Assembly: GCA_012295275.1 (NCBI GenBank) | Contig: CM022665.1 | Coordinates: 21,762,001 to 21,826,000, forward strand | DNA from: Chrysomallon squamiferum | Lineage: Eukaryota; Animalia; Mollusca | Length of the DNA: 64,000 nucleotides | Direction of reading: 5' to 3' | Part shown: positions 25,531 to 38,520 of the stretch, piece by piece | Layout: each line of letters starts with the position of its first letter | Numbering within the stretch: the first letter of the stretch is position 1 | The notes under the pieces: model-generated | The model's database searches: none | The model's input: only the letters and a program-made list of their open reading frames with translations | What the model was told of the DNA's origin: nothing | Position numbers and translations under genes: made by a program

Positions 25531-27195
25531 TAATTAGTTAATTCAAAATATAAAAAGAGTATAATTTGTATGTGTTAAATCTGCCATCCTTAATCCAGTT
25601 TGTCATTGATGATGATTATTTGGACAAGATTATCACAGGACATTCAAGTGACCTTCACTGGTGATAAATAACATATTTTCTTGTTGATAAGACTTCAGTA
25701 TATTTTTAATAAAATGTCACTGATTATTTTTGATTGATTGATTTATTTATTTATTTATTTATTTATTATTATTATTATGTTGTTGTTGTTGTTAATTTCA
25801 TTTTTTTAAATTGTTTCATTTTATTTTATTAATTCATGAAACAAAAATTGAATGAAAGAGAAAGTAACAGTTAATGTTTTTTTATATTTAATATTGTATC
25901 CTGAAAATAAAACAGAATAACATTATAAAGCATGAATAAATGATTGAATGAATGAATGAATGTTTGTTTAATGTTTTAGTATTAAATATAAAATAAGATA
26001 TCTGTGTATCAATAAAATAAAAAATCCTCAGTTGCTATAGCTTGGACTGCTTTTAATGATTGGCACCAAATGATCATAATATCCATCTTTATATAGACTG
26101 GAGGGCATATACCATGATATTCGATATTAAAGACAAAAAAAAGGAATTAATCTATTTTTATTTTCATTTTATGTGAAAAACAATTAACAATAAGATTAAC
26201 ATAATTTTAAATCGCCTGAGTAACTTCATTGTGAAATGTTTAATTGTATTGCACCAAACACGTGAGTACATGAGCATTCATTGGTTAAGAACAGACAAAG
26301 GGGTTGATTTGATTGAAATTTTACACAAATAAAAACACAAGCTTTTCCAATATTTTTCCCTAATCAGGGAAAGTATCTGACTACTTCCAATCCCCTGAGT
26401 CATATGCCCATGATCAAGCAGACATTTAATCTAAAATTATTTCAGAAAAAAAAATTATTATCATATTCTGAATATTGAGGGATGCGATTATGTTACAGTT
26501 AAACATTCCATATATTCATTATTCTTCAATTTTTTTATGTGATGATTTATTTTATTTTATTTTTTATTTAAGCTCTCACTAACTTCATTAAATAATATTT
26601 AAATTAGGATTAGAAAATATTTCTTTTGGTTGAATGACAGTATATTTTTTTAGAACTTAATTAATTAATTAATAATGAACATTATTTCATTTTAAAAGTT
26701 ATATGCACCTCTTTGAGGTTAATTTGATTTTTGGATCAAGCATTGGCACTAGTTTTTTTGTGTTAAATGTTATTTTTATACTGCATGTTGTTTTTTTAAT
26801 TTAGATATTTTTCTCAGATACCCTAATACCTGTGTCTGTACCTGTGTGTGTGTGTGTGTGTCTTATACTGATTTAATTATCTAGAATATTTTGAATTAAA
26901 GCATACACACCTTCATAAGAGAGAACTGCATGAACATATGACCCATTTTGTTTCTCTTTTTATTTTATTTCATGAAAATATATAATAACCTTTAGGAAAA
27001 ATAATATGTTTTCATATATGTGTATATGGTATATGTGGATATATGTATATGTATTATATATTATATTTGAAAGCATTAATTTCACTACTCTTGCTTTCTG
27101 CAATCGTATCCTGATGGTTTTACGGATTAACAGGCTGATCAAAGTCACAGTTAAATGAATAAAATCATGATATGTTAAAAGGCTGTACAGTTTAT

Positions 27196-27437
27196 TTATG
27201 CTTTGTGCCAAACGGTTCCAGTGTTTCTAAACAGCTTATCTGTATGTTTGTTCTGATGTACTAGTTCCCATTTCTTCATCCATGGACCCTGAATTGTCGT
27301 GTCAAATTCATCTTCGTCATCCTGAAGCAGAATATCACATAGTGAAGTAGATGGATAAATGTATTTGTTACTGAATAATCTAAATTTATTTATTAAATAT
27401 TTACTTTTATTTTTTTTTTTTTTTTTTTTTTTTTTTT

Positions 27438-27483
<46 letters not shown>

Positions 27484-27929
27484 TTATATTTGTTCTTTAC
27501 TATACTTAATTTAATTTTATTTATTGTTTTTATTAAAAAAAGCATTATCATCATATTGCTTAAGTATAAATTATGCTATTTATGTTTATTTTTGCTACTA
27601 TATTTTAATTATTTAATCTTTTCTACATATTGATGTAACATCCTAGCTGTGGATTACTTTTATGTGTTGTAAATTTTGTTAACACAACGTTCCAACAGTT
27701 ATAATAAAATGTATTACCTGAGCATTATCAGCTTTTGCAGCTTTGTGTCTGTCAACAGCATCAAATGGTTCCCAGTCTATTTTGTGATTTGGATTTTTGG
27801 TTGTTCTCATCAGAATGCCTTGTTTGAGACCATAGAATCCATATGGTTTAGAAGGAACTTGCCAACGGAAATCTAGGCTCCAGCGAATTTCATTCGATGT
27901 ATTGCCAAGACTTCATTTAAAAAAAAAAA

Positions 27930-27960
<31 letters not shown>

Positions 27961-28708
27961 TAGATTAACTGTTAATACATAAATTAATACATTTGTTTGT
28001 GTGTCTGTTACATAAATATAGTTTTTAAGCAATGTTTAACTCTGCTTAAGTTTACCTTGAAATACAGTATTACTGAGTAATAAGAACAAAAAATCATTTT
28101 ATAATAACATTTATTTATTATTTTAAGTTTCTGCTTTATGATTAAATCAGTGATACAATGGAAATGTTTAGTTAACTTTTCAACATGTCGTTCTGACCAC
28201 AGAGTTTGGTTCAAAGGTTGACAAATTTAGACAATGAAGAAGAAAAGCATACTGAGAATTTACCTCCTGTGTGGAATCATGTTGTTAATAAGTAACATTC
28301 CTCCATATGGAACAGCGCACAGTTTTACATCCGTCTTCATGTTTCGATCTACAGAAACAGACATTTCACACTTTATTTGTAACTGTTTTCCAAACAAATG
28401 ATTAATAATTTAGTAATAACTGAACAAAGCCTTCTTAATTTATTGAAAAATCATCTTTAAAACAAAATTTAATGTAAAATAGTGTTGCATTTAAAATAGT
28501 AATTATATAAATATTAAATTTAAAATTTGCATATATTACTGTTTAAAATTAGAATGATAGCCTTGAAGAACTAGATTAGAAATGAATGGAAGAATGAATG
28601 AACAAATTCAGATAATTTTTAAAAAATAATAAAAAAATAAAACAATAGTTTTAATGTCTGTGGTTCCCTATACCAAAAAAAATAATAATAAAATAAAAAA
28701 AAAATAAA

Positions 28709-28796
<88 letters not shown>

Positions 28797-31700
28797 GAAG
28801 AAAAAGAAAAAAAACGACATACACCAACAAACAAACAAAAGAAACAAGCTGAATATTAAAATACAATATTACCTAATGTCTTTTCTATGTCAAATTCATC
28901 CATCATAACATACCACGTATCTCCATAACAAGCAGTATGTTTTACAATCTTGCCTGGACAGTGACCTTTGGCAACCACCTACATTATTGGATTTGAAAAT
29001 TATAAAATAGAAATTAATATTTGCACTCCACAAATCATCTCTAAAGACTTAAACTTTTAGAAAGGATATAAATGTGTGTGTGTGTGTGTGTGTGTTGCAA
29101 ATGTGTTTCCGTAAGTTGTTTGTTTTTGTACTTGAGAACAGTTGTAGATATAACTGACTTCAAAATCAAATTTGGTCCATTGGTATGTATTGAAAATTTA
29201 AAAAGTATAAATGTATATAAAAAATATCAAAATGGTTATTAAAACGTCACCTCCATGCATCCATTATTTCTGTTTGCATCAAGAAGTGGGATCCAAGCTG
29301 TAGGCTGAAGTACACTGTATGAGTCGTTGTCCAGGTAACCACTATCTGTATAATATTATTAATTTCTATTAATGATCCTGAGCTTTCAGACATGCACACA
29401 CACACACACACGTGCGCACTCTCACACACATAGTGCATCTGCTGTTAGGTGTCAAATAATGATTAATAAAGATAGAATTAGAAAATTAATCATATAAAAA
29501 AATATGTTACATATAAAATATGCATTTATCAAATACCTTGGTGCCAAGGAACAGTTGTAGCCTCGTTCTGGGGTGTTTTGGTTCTCAAGTTCCACACGGG
29601 ATGTCCAGCGATCTCTGGACCAATCAGCTGTTCGACTGCATCTAGAAGACGTTCATTGGACCACAGATCCCGAAAAGCCTGGTTAATTCACACAAAAAAA
29701 ATGAAAAAATTCCTTAAATATTTTACAATTCATAGACTTTTTGCAATTAATCAAATTGTAAACAATAAAGTGCTTTTACAATTATTAAAATGTGAAAAAT
29801 TTGAAAGACAAAACACACACTCATGTATATATATATATGTATAGATTATATATGTGTGAATATTCATTTACACACACACACACACATATACATGTATATA
29901 TATATCTCTGTGTGTGCATGTGTGTGTGTGTATGTGTCTAAAGAAACAACTACAACAGAAAAGTAGTATTATCATTCAGTAATTATTTAGTCAGAATAGT
30001 TATAATAATACAACTACGAGTAATTTTAATATGAAACCCAGTTCGTCTTACATTTTGTTTGTTCTTTACAAATTCCAGTCACGTTTACAAAACTAACACA
30101 CTTTATCTGAACCCTGGACTGACCTAAATCAAAACAGTGTCAGAGAGTAAATAATGAATAACAGTGTCAGTGAAAGTATTTCTTGGTAACCTAAATAATG
30201 AATTGTTAGGTTACAGTTTGAATTACTGAATCAGAAGGGGAAGTTATATTTATATGAAAATAATTTTTGAAAAGCTAATAATATGTGTAATATTAAATTA
30301 AAAAAGGAATTAGTTCTCTGATAAAAGTTTAAGAACAGACAAACCTGTGGAAGTTTTCCTTCTTTATGCAGAATAACATTAGCTCCTGGAAACTCTTTTT
30401 CTATTTTTGTCAGTCTGGTGAACAAACCTTCTTCTTTGTACAAATCTAAAACAACAACAACTTTAATGATAATATCAAAACAAAAATTATAATAAAACCA
30501 TGAAAAGTAATAACAGTAACAACAACAATAATATATATATATATAAAATGTTTTTCGAATAGATGAATACAACACTGATACTCAAAACTGAAAATTTTAT
30601 ATTTACACAGTTATACACAAATGAATTCCAAATCACATAGATGTATATATATTTTCTTCAACAAAGTTTTCTTTCAGAATTAGCATGCGTAATCTCACTT
30701 ATGTTTTCTTATCTCACACACAAAACACTTTATTTATGAAGTAACCAGTTTAAACTGGAATATAAATATTTTAACTTTTTATTTTTCCGGCCTTGAAAAG
30801 TTTCTGAGCCAGCTCTTCAACCAGGTGTTCAATGGCTTCCCTACATGAGTCGAGTTCTTCTTTCTTAAAGAAATTCTCAACAACTGCATATCCCTGGAAT
30901 GAAGATAAAGAGAAAAAATTTAATACAAAATATGAACTATTGTAGCAAAGAGATGAAAAGAAGATAAGTAAGAAAGATAACTTATACAGAGGTGGATAAA
31001 CATTCTAGACCGATAAAGATATAATTTCTCTCTGTGTGTGTGTGTATGTGTGTGTGTATGTATGTGTGTGTGTGTGTGTGCATGCCTGAATGCTCATGTA
31101 TCGTTAATATAAAATTAATAATAATTTACGGACAATGGTTACTTGGACAATGACTCATATAGTGTGTGTGAATAAATAAATTAAATAAAATGTAAAAATA
31201 TCAATAAACGAACAAACAACAAACATTAATAATACGTATTTAAATAAAATCTTCATTTCCCATGCTGTATTATTTCAGAAACAAAGTGCCTTTTAATTAG
31301 TATCACATGTACAGTTAATGAATGGTGTGGATATCATTATGTCATGTTATCTGAAAACAAACATGGCATTAAGTTTCATTAATTTAACATTTCAGTTCAC
31401 CTCTTTCTTTACAAAACATTTCAACTCTGACTTATTTATTGCTATTTCTTTAAAGAACTATTTTTGACTAGTTTCAGGTTGATGATTTTCTTTTCTTTCT
31501 ATTTTTTTTTCTTACTTCTATTATTTTTGTTTAATTTTTTTTTAATGATTGTTGGGAATGGAAAACTTGTAAAATGTATCCAGTTATTCGAGTTATTATA
31601 GTGATCAAACCCAACCCCAACATAAAAGAAATTAAATAAAATAATAATAATAACAATAATGGAAATAATAATAATAACTATAATAAAATAATAACAACAA

Positions 31701-32017
31701 TAATAATAATAATAATAATAAAATAATAGTAATAATAAATATATAAATAAAACTTGAAACAGTTTCACAGTAACAATAACATTAATATGATATGTATGTT
31801 ATACTACTAAATTAAACATTATATTCAGAACAGTGCCCCTCCCCCCAGAATTACATCTAATAAATACCTCTTCAAAATACTGCTTCACAACACTTTCAGG
31901 CAGTTGACCAGGTTTCTTTTCTTTTGGTTGAGGGGGGATAACTGTGAAAACTTCAGGATGTGCTTCGTCAGATTCTCCAGGGTAACGAACTGGTGTTTGT
32001 ATTTCTGAAGCAGCCAT
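27196..32017 (-). CDS. Phytanoyl-CoA dioxygenase (PhyH) family Fe(II)/2-oxoglutarate dioxygenase, ~371 aa, 9 coding exons
   Basis: Exons 31868-32017, 30776-30893, 30345-30445, 29537-29678, 29251-29345, 28873-28978, 28264-28348, 27718-27910, 27196-27321; all GT-AG, phases consistent, total 1116 nt. Motifs: QYFEEGYAVVENFF, VPWHQD (HxD), TAWIPLLDANRNNGCMEVV, MIPHRS (distal His), IRWSLDFRW (2OG Arg). Acceptor at 32056 implies an upstream 5' UTR exon. Confidence 0.92.
31045..31165 (+). repeat. Inverted partial copy of PhyH exon 5 and its upstream intron, inside PhyH intron
   Basis: gtgtgcatgcctgaatgctcatgtatcgttaatataaaattaataataatttacgGACAATGGTTACTTGGACAATGACTCATATAGTGT matches reverse complement of ~29312-29410 (…gcatgtctgaaagctcaggatcattaatagaaattaataatattatacagATAGTGGTTACCTGGACAACGACTCATACAGTGT). 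Confidence 0.8.
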
Positions 32018-33242
32018 CTTGTTTAAATATGAACGTATTGAACCTGGGTTATGTTCTGAAATAAATATTGAAAATAATTATTTATGTTTGATAAACAAAA
32101 CTGATTAAAGTTATTTTATTTCATTTATCTATTTTATTTTATGTTAGGACAATGAAAACTGAATCGTGTGTTAGTTTTGACGAATTTTTTATTATTATTA
32201 TTATTATTGATTTATTCAAAGCATTTCTAATGTTCTTTACAGCATTTAAAAAAAATATATATTTTAATTTGTCTTGATTATTTAGTTTTGATTTTTGTTG
32301 TTGTTGCATTTTTGTTTGTTTTGTGGGTTCTTGTGGATTTTAAAATGTTTTGATTTGATTTTCGGTTTTTCTGCATATAAAGAGAATAATATTTAAAAAG
32401 AATGAAATGTTCTAAGTATTAAACTGTGTTATTATAGTAATTGATGCTATCACCTGAAGATCAGTATTATAATACATATGAATGAATGAATATAAATTCT
32501 AAAATCTAACAACAATTAAAAAAAAAAAAAGAAGCAAAACAACAAATAGTTCTATACGATTTAACTCGCATTTACTAAGAACACTAATTTAATATTTGCA
32601 TAACACCCATATATGATGTGAACAGACATTAAAACATATTTGATAATAAATGAACACACACACACACAAACACAATAACATGCATATACAAAAAAAAAAA
32701 AAAAAATACATATAAACAAATTACAGTTCACAGTTACACTTACACAAAAAGTCAAAGCAAAACGAAGATTGATTGATTATTCGGCGCAGGTCTGTTGTAT
32801 GCTGGTTTAAATCAGTGAAGCGTACCTTTCTCACTAAAAAAGCATAATCTGATTTCGTATTATGTCAGAGTACCTTAGTCCGACGTACAGCCGCTTCTGT
32901 CGTTTAATTTCATATAAACAAAACATGTGTTTTTTTATAGGTTACAGTGGCGATACACTTTAATTAACCTTTATAATATGTCAAGGTCTTCAAATTCGGT
33001 GACCGTAAAAAGTGACATTGAGTAACATATATCCAAAATACACTGTAAACAGAATAATCTAGAAACATGTTCAAATTTTATAGTGTGTACGTGTGAACAA
33101 ACAAATAATTATTAAACCCGACTATGGAGGAACAATAACGATATAAGAGATGAACTAAACGATTGTTTGTGTAAGTGTAGGCCTATTTCTTTTACACTGC
33201 TTCAGAGTGTGCGTTTATAAATTTCTGTTTGAAGATAGAGGA

Positions 33243-33291
<49 letters not shown>

Positions 33292-33332
33292 AGACAGTTC
33301 TGCAGAACAATTAAAGACAAAGAAAACATGTA

Positions 33333-33384
<52 letters not shown>

Positions 33385-35739
33385 TCCTACTATAATTCAC
33401 GAGAGAAAGAAGAGGGAATAAATAATTATTGACTAAACGATATTTTCACACATTTAAACTTAACAGACTGTATTTTAATGTCAGAGGTTTTCTTCTTCTT
33501 TTTCTGTTTGTTTTACCTCGGTTGGTATTAACCACTATCTACACTGTGTTCGGGGTTAGTTCCCATATAAAACACTGTTTCAAAATACTACAGCAGTATA
33601 TGAAAATATTACGACCTGGGGAAGAAACAAAAGGATAACCGTCAGGAAAGTCTACGTTTATTATGACAAAGTTGGGTGAAAAATCAATATGTGAATGTTT
33701 GTATTTCATTCTGATTTAATGATAAAAAACAAACAAAAAGAAGAAGAAGAAAGAAAGAATAAAACTGTATTTATATTACGTTTTGGTACCTTAGAATCGG
33801 GAATAATAAGTTGAGAAGTGTTCAATTTTTATTCATTTACACAGCATAAATTCAGTGGTGTTTTTAATTCTACAACACGATCTGCGTAGTCAAAATTAAA
33901 CTGCGCTAATTAAATCATAATCACTGTTATCAATCCAAAAATGTATTTGATTATAATAAACCAATAGATTATCTGAATAAAATTTCTTGTGCTCAGCGCA
34001 TAGTAGTTATACATGTAGGCCTATATGTATATGAACCTTGACGTAGTTACTAATTGCTTAAAGGAATCTTTTAAACCATTCACGACAAAGTTAATCTTTA
34101 AGAGTTGTATCTTTTGATTTGATCTAAAAATAAAACTATTTGTACAAATATGTTTGTTTGTTGTTGTTGTTTTTTTTTTTTTTTTTTTTTCACAAATGTG
34201 TGAAATATAAACGTCCCTCAATCCAAGGGATATAAATCTGTTTAAATAACAAAACATTTACTGGGGAGCTTGATAAGCACATTGTGCAGTGCTGTGAAGT
34301 AAAGATGCTGATGAATATTTGAAAAAGACCAATTTTCTGTTACTCTGTTTATTATTATAAACTGTTAGCATTTTTTATTCAACTGTCTATTATAACATCA
34401 AGGGTTATCCTGGAATTAATTTAACAATAATGCTCAAATAGTTTAGGACTTGACTGACACGAGCAAATACCGTAAAGACTCGTGGATGTTTATTTATTTA
34501 TTGCAATATTATGAACATATTTTAATTAAGTGTGACAAAAAGGTTCTGCAACACATTCCCAGACTAATATTATGAAAGCTATTATACAAATCTAATAATT
34601 ATAAATTTATATATATAAATCAGTAGTTATTTAAAAATAAATGAAAATAATTGTTTTTGAGTTGTTCATTGCAATATTTGTAGGTAGTTGTTGATGCATT
34701 TATTGCTGACGAAGAATTTAACTACTAACTACATCCAACCTGATAGTCTGCAATAGTTGTTAGTTGATTTGGTATTACTTGTGTCATCCATATTAAAATT
34801 TATATTATTATTATTATCAGCATCATACTGACTTATTATTTATCTTAGGGGAATATGATCCTTCTAAGAAAACCTGCTCAGGTACTTTTTATTATTATAA
34901 CTATTTTTATTTTTTTTTTTTTTTTTTTTTACTCTGTACAAGACATTGAATAAGATACCTCATTGGTATAGAATCCATGCATGATCTATTGTATATTAGT
35001 TCTGTATAACACACTGAATAACAAACCTCAATGATATAGTATCTAAAACCTTTTAAAATATACTCATATATGACTATATTATCGTTAAACATTATATTTT
35101 TTTAAATTTTAATTAATAAATTCTTAGTCACAAGCACACAGATAACAGTTTCATTTTTACTGCAGGTTTCATTAAAGTTTCCTATATGAACTGTATATGA
35201 AAAGGAACAAATAGATATTTAGATCAGCCCTATATCAAAAACAAATTACTTTCACATAAGCTAGTCAGGTTTTTTTAAAGAATGTTATGCACAAGCTGTC
35301 ATTGGTTCTGTGCCCAGTTTCAGCTAAATAAACCATTCATATTCAGAGTTTATAAATTCAAGATTAAAAAAATACAAATTTCATTTCTCTGTATTTTGTC
35401 ACTTTCTTTATGAGAACACATCTGTCAAATTTGATAAAATAAACATAAAATAAAAACATCAAAATTAGATGCTAAAAGTTTAATTTATTCCTGCTTTCCT
35501 TTACTTTTCCAGACTCCTCTTTGATGTACAATTTTAATAATGGAATTTGAATATTTTTAACCAACTGAAGGAATGAAATTATTCTTAAAACAGTATCATC
35601 TTAGTGTTTATTTGTTCTTGTTAGTTTTTTGAACACTTTAGGACTTTAGATACGAAGTTGTTTTCACTCATTCTATATGGATTCCTTGAATACAAAATAC
35701 TTGTTAAATGCTGAGTAGCAGGATACTAATACAGACAGT

Positions 35740-37600
35740 AAACACAAAGTTTAGCAAACAAAAAAACACTGTTTCCAACAAAATTAATAATATTGTAATG
35801 TACAAATTATGTACACATCTTCCATCAAATACCACATATATTCCATCCAACAGCTCTTATGTCAATGTGCCTGACACATCCACTAGCCATGTAGTATTTT
35901 CCTTTCTATAGGAGTCTTCTGTGACATGTAAATTAATTTTTCTTGCACCTAGTTCCTCATCAGTACAGTATTTTGATGTGTGGGAGATGGGCAGAACATC
36001 ACACATTAACACCATTATATTCTGAAAAATAATTCATATTAGATAGTAAATACTATTATCTTTCTGAAATCAGAATATAATGTTTAAAAATTGACATTAT
36101 TTAATTAATTTTCACAGAAATTTGCATAAACTTAACATCAGTATCAGATACATCAAAATCCTTTCTGAATCCATAATGTGCTCTTTTTTTTTCTCTCCCC
36201 ACTTTGTTGATATCTGTTAATTAAATTAGATAAACAGCTCATTACATAACATAAAAATTATGCACATGAATAGAGGGCAAAATATTCTTAACTTACAAAT
36301 TTTGAGTATTTCCTCCTGTTTCAACTTCTGCCAGTCATTATTTAAAATGCCAATTAATTTTATTTCCCTTCTTTTCCTTCTCAGCCACCTTTAATTTGTA
36401 ATAAAAATAAAACAAATTTGCATTAGCTCAATATTATACAAACAAGAAAATATACAATATGTAATATTTAAATAGATCTTTTCTTTTTCTATAAAGCATG
36501 CATTTTGTAAATCGGTCATTTGAAGTTATATTTGTTTGTAAAGAATACTCTGTTTTACAATTAGCTACTGCAGCAGCCTTTATCTGAACACATCAGAACA
36601 TAAGATTAATATGTATTTAACAATTAAAAATATAAAAAGAATTTCCTTTATCAAATAAGTAAAACATTATTATGATTTTGTTGATGTTGTTTACAGTTAT
36701 TTAAGAATGTAAGAAATGAGGAAATACATATTTTTAACAATTTGTTACAGGTAATATTTAATCATACCTGATGGTTGTTGCAACTGGTGTTCTTGTTGGT
36801 CTCTTGTCTGGACATGATGGAAGTCCTAGAAAATTAAAAATGAAACAGATTTTTAAGAATCACTGGTTTGTAAAATCTGATCAGTTTGTGATTTATGTCA
36901 ACTATTTATTAAACTTTAAACAAAATTAATTTGTGAAATAAATTTCTTATACTGAATTACAAACATTCTATTTCATTCTATAACCACGAGTTAAACCTTT
37001 TGTAGCCTTAATTTGTTTTGATGATTGAAGAGAAAATGTCTTCATGATATTCCTATTCTTCTGCAGTGGCAAATCTGTTAACTCAATCATTTTTTTCTCT
37101 TTTTTTGAAAGATTTGATAGAAATCAGTAGAATACCACTGTCTTGTGGATAGAACTTGGTGATATCCCTGCCAATCTCATCTAACATAAAACTGGCAGCA
37201 ACAAAAACATGCTTTGTATTGTAGAGATAAGATAATAAGTGAATTCTTTGCAGAGATCCACACCTGTTTGCAGCATTTTCTAAACCAGTGTCATCTGAGG
37301 ATTCGTATTACCATCATCTTCAGTGCCTGTGAATACTGCTTTGTCTACATCCTCCACATAACTGCAGAGAGGCAGCAGTGTCTGTTTCACTGCATCACTG
37401 TATCATCTGTGGTGAAGAGTGGGTTGTTCCCATACAGTTCAGGAACAGCTGAGGTAAAAATGAATGAACACTGCTACAAAATGCTTGATGATGAAATGAC
37501 TCTTTCTGAACTTCCTGCACTATTCTCATTAGAGCCTAGTGAGACTTTATAGGTAACACCAGAAGAAGAATGAACAGTGTACCTTAAAAATGTTCATTTC
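35740..37600 (-). pseudogene. Decayed spliced gene, possibly SAMD3-like accessory ORF of CACTA/EnSpm-type transposons
   Basis: GC-richer coding-like blocks with splice sites (e.g. exon ~36769-36826 GLPSCPDKRPTRTPVATTIR); EIGRDITKFYPQDSG...KSFKKREK and ELLDGIYVVFD...LYITILLILLETVFF resemble SAMD3-like motifs; stops and frameshifts present. Confidence 0.35.
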
Positions 37601-38039
37601 TAACTGCCTGTTTAGGTATGATGTTTGCTGCTTACAAGGTTATTTCTCAGATGTGTTTCAAAATGTTCACTGTCAGTCATATTCCAGCCATGAGACAAGA
37701 TGGTATTTGCTTCCAAGTAACTTAAAATATACAACAGTCAAACATCACTTATATTCATATACACTTCAAATAATATTTTAACAGCAAATAATTATTGTGA
37801 CAATTAAGACTCACTGAAGCATATGCAGCTAGTTACTCCATACAACAAATTCAGTGGATGTTATAGATACATGCTCAGAAATGCACTACTGAGCAACCTA
37901 CATGAAGTAAAATAAATTGGCTCAATCCCATACAAGCCTGTAAATTTAAAACTTTAACTTGTTCAAAACCAGTGGTAGAATAAAGACAGGTGTTTCTAAT
38001 TATAGAATAGGGAAATAATAACCATTGTTTTGTATTCTG

Positions 38040-38520
38040 TATAGATCAGTATATAATGTTTTTAAAGAAGTTAGTGGGGAGTAAGTGCTAGCAAGACGGA
38101 TTAAGATCACTGCCTCCTATTGGGAGCTTTCATTAGTACTTGGAATTTAAGGGGGAACATTGTCCAGAGCAAGTATTGCACTCTGGCCCTTGACATGACA
38201 GCACTTTAAAATACTGTTAGTGAAGGTAAAAAAAATTATATTTGGTTAATAATGGTTTTACTTGTATGTGTCAAAGATCAGCTAAGGTAAGTAATTAATC
38301 AAGGCTTTCTGCTTTCATTTTAATAAGTCTATTAAAGAGGGATAATTAAGATATTATATATCAAAAGATGAGACAATAATTATAGTTTACTTATTGACTT
38401 TGATTTATTTTGAATAATTTATTAAAGTCTTGGCATAACTTTAAGTAACAGTGGTTACAATTTATAATAATTAACGTGATCTCTATTAGTTTCCATGTGG
38501 AAATAGATGAAAAATAAACA
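38040..38520. mobile_element. Second copy of the interspersed repeat seen at 17500-18250
   Basis: Same orientation, several long near-identical blocks. Confidence 0.7.

Noticed and set aside
27196-27210. C-terminal HKA of PhyH gene as peroxisomal PTS1
   Set aside because: Does not fit the (S/A/C)(K/R/H)(L/M) consensus.
27410-27480. ~70-nt poly-T run as retrocopy poly(A) tail
   Set aside because: Intronic, no associated processed sequence or TSD seen; homopolymer length may be a sequencing artefact.
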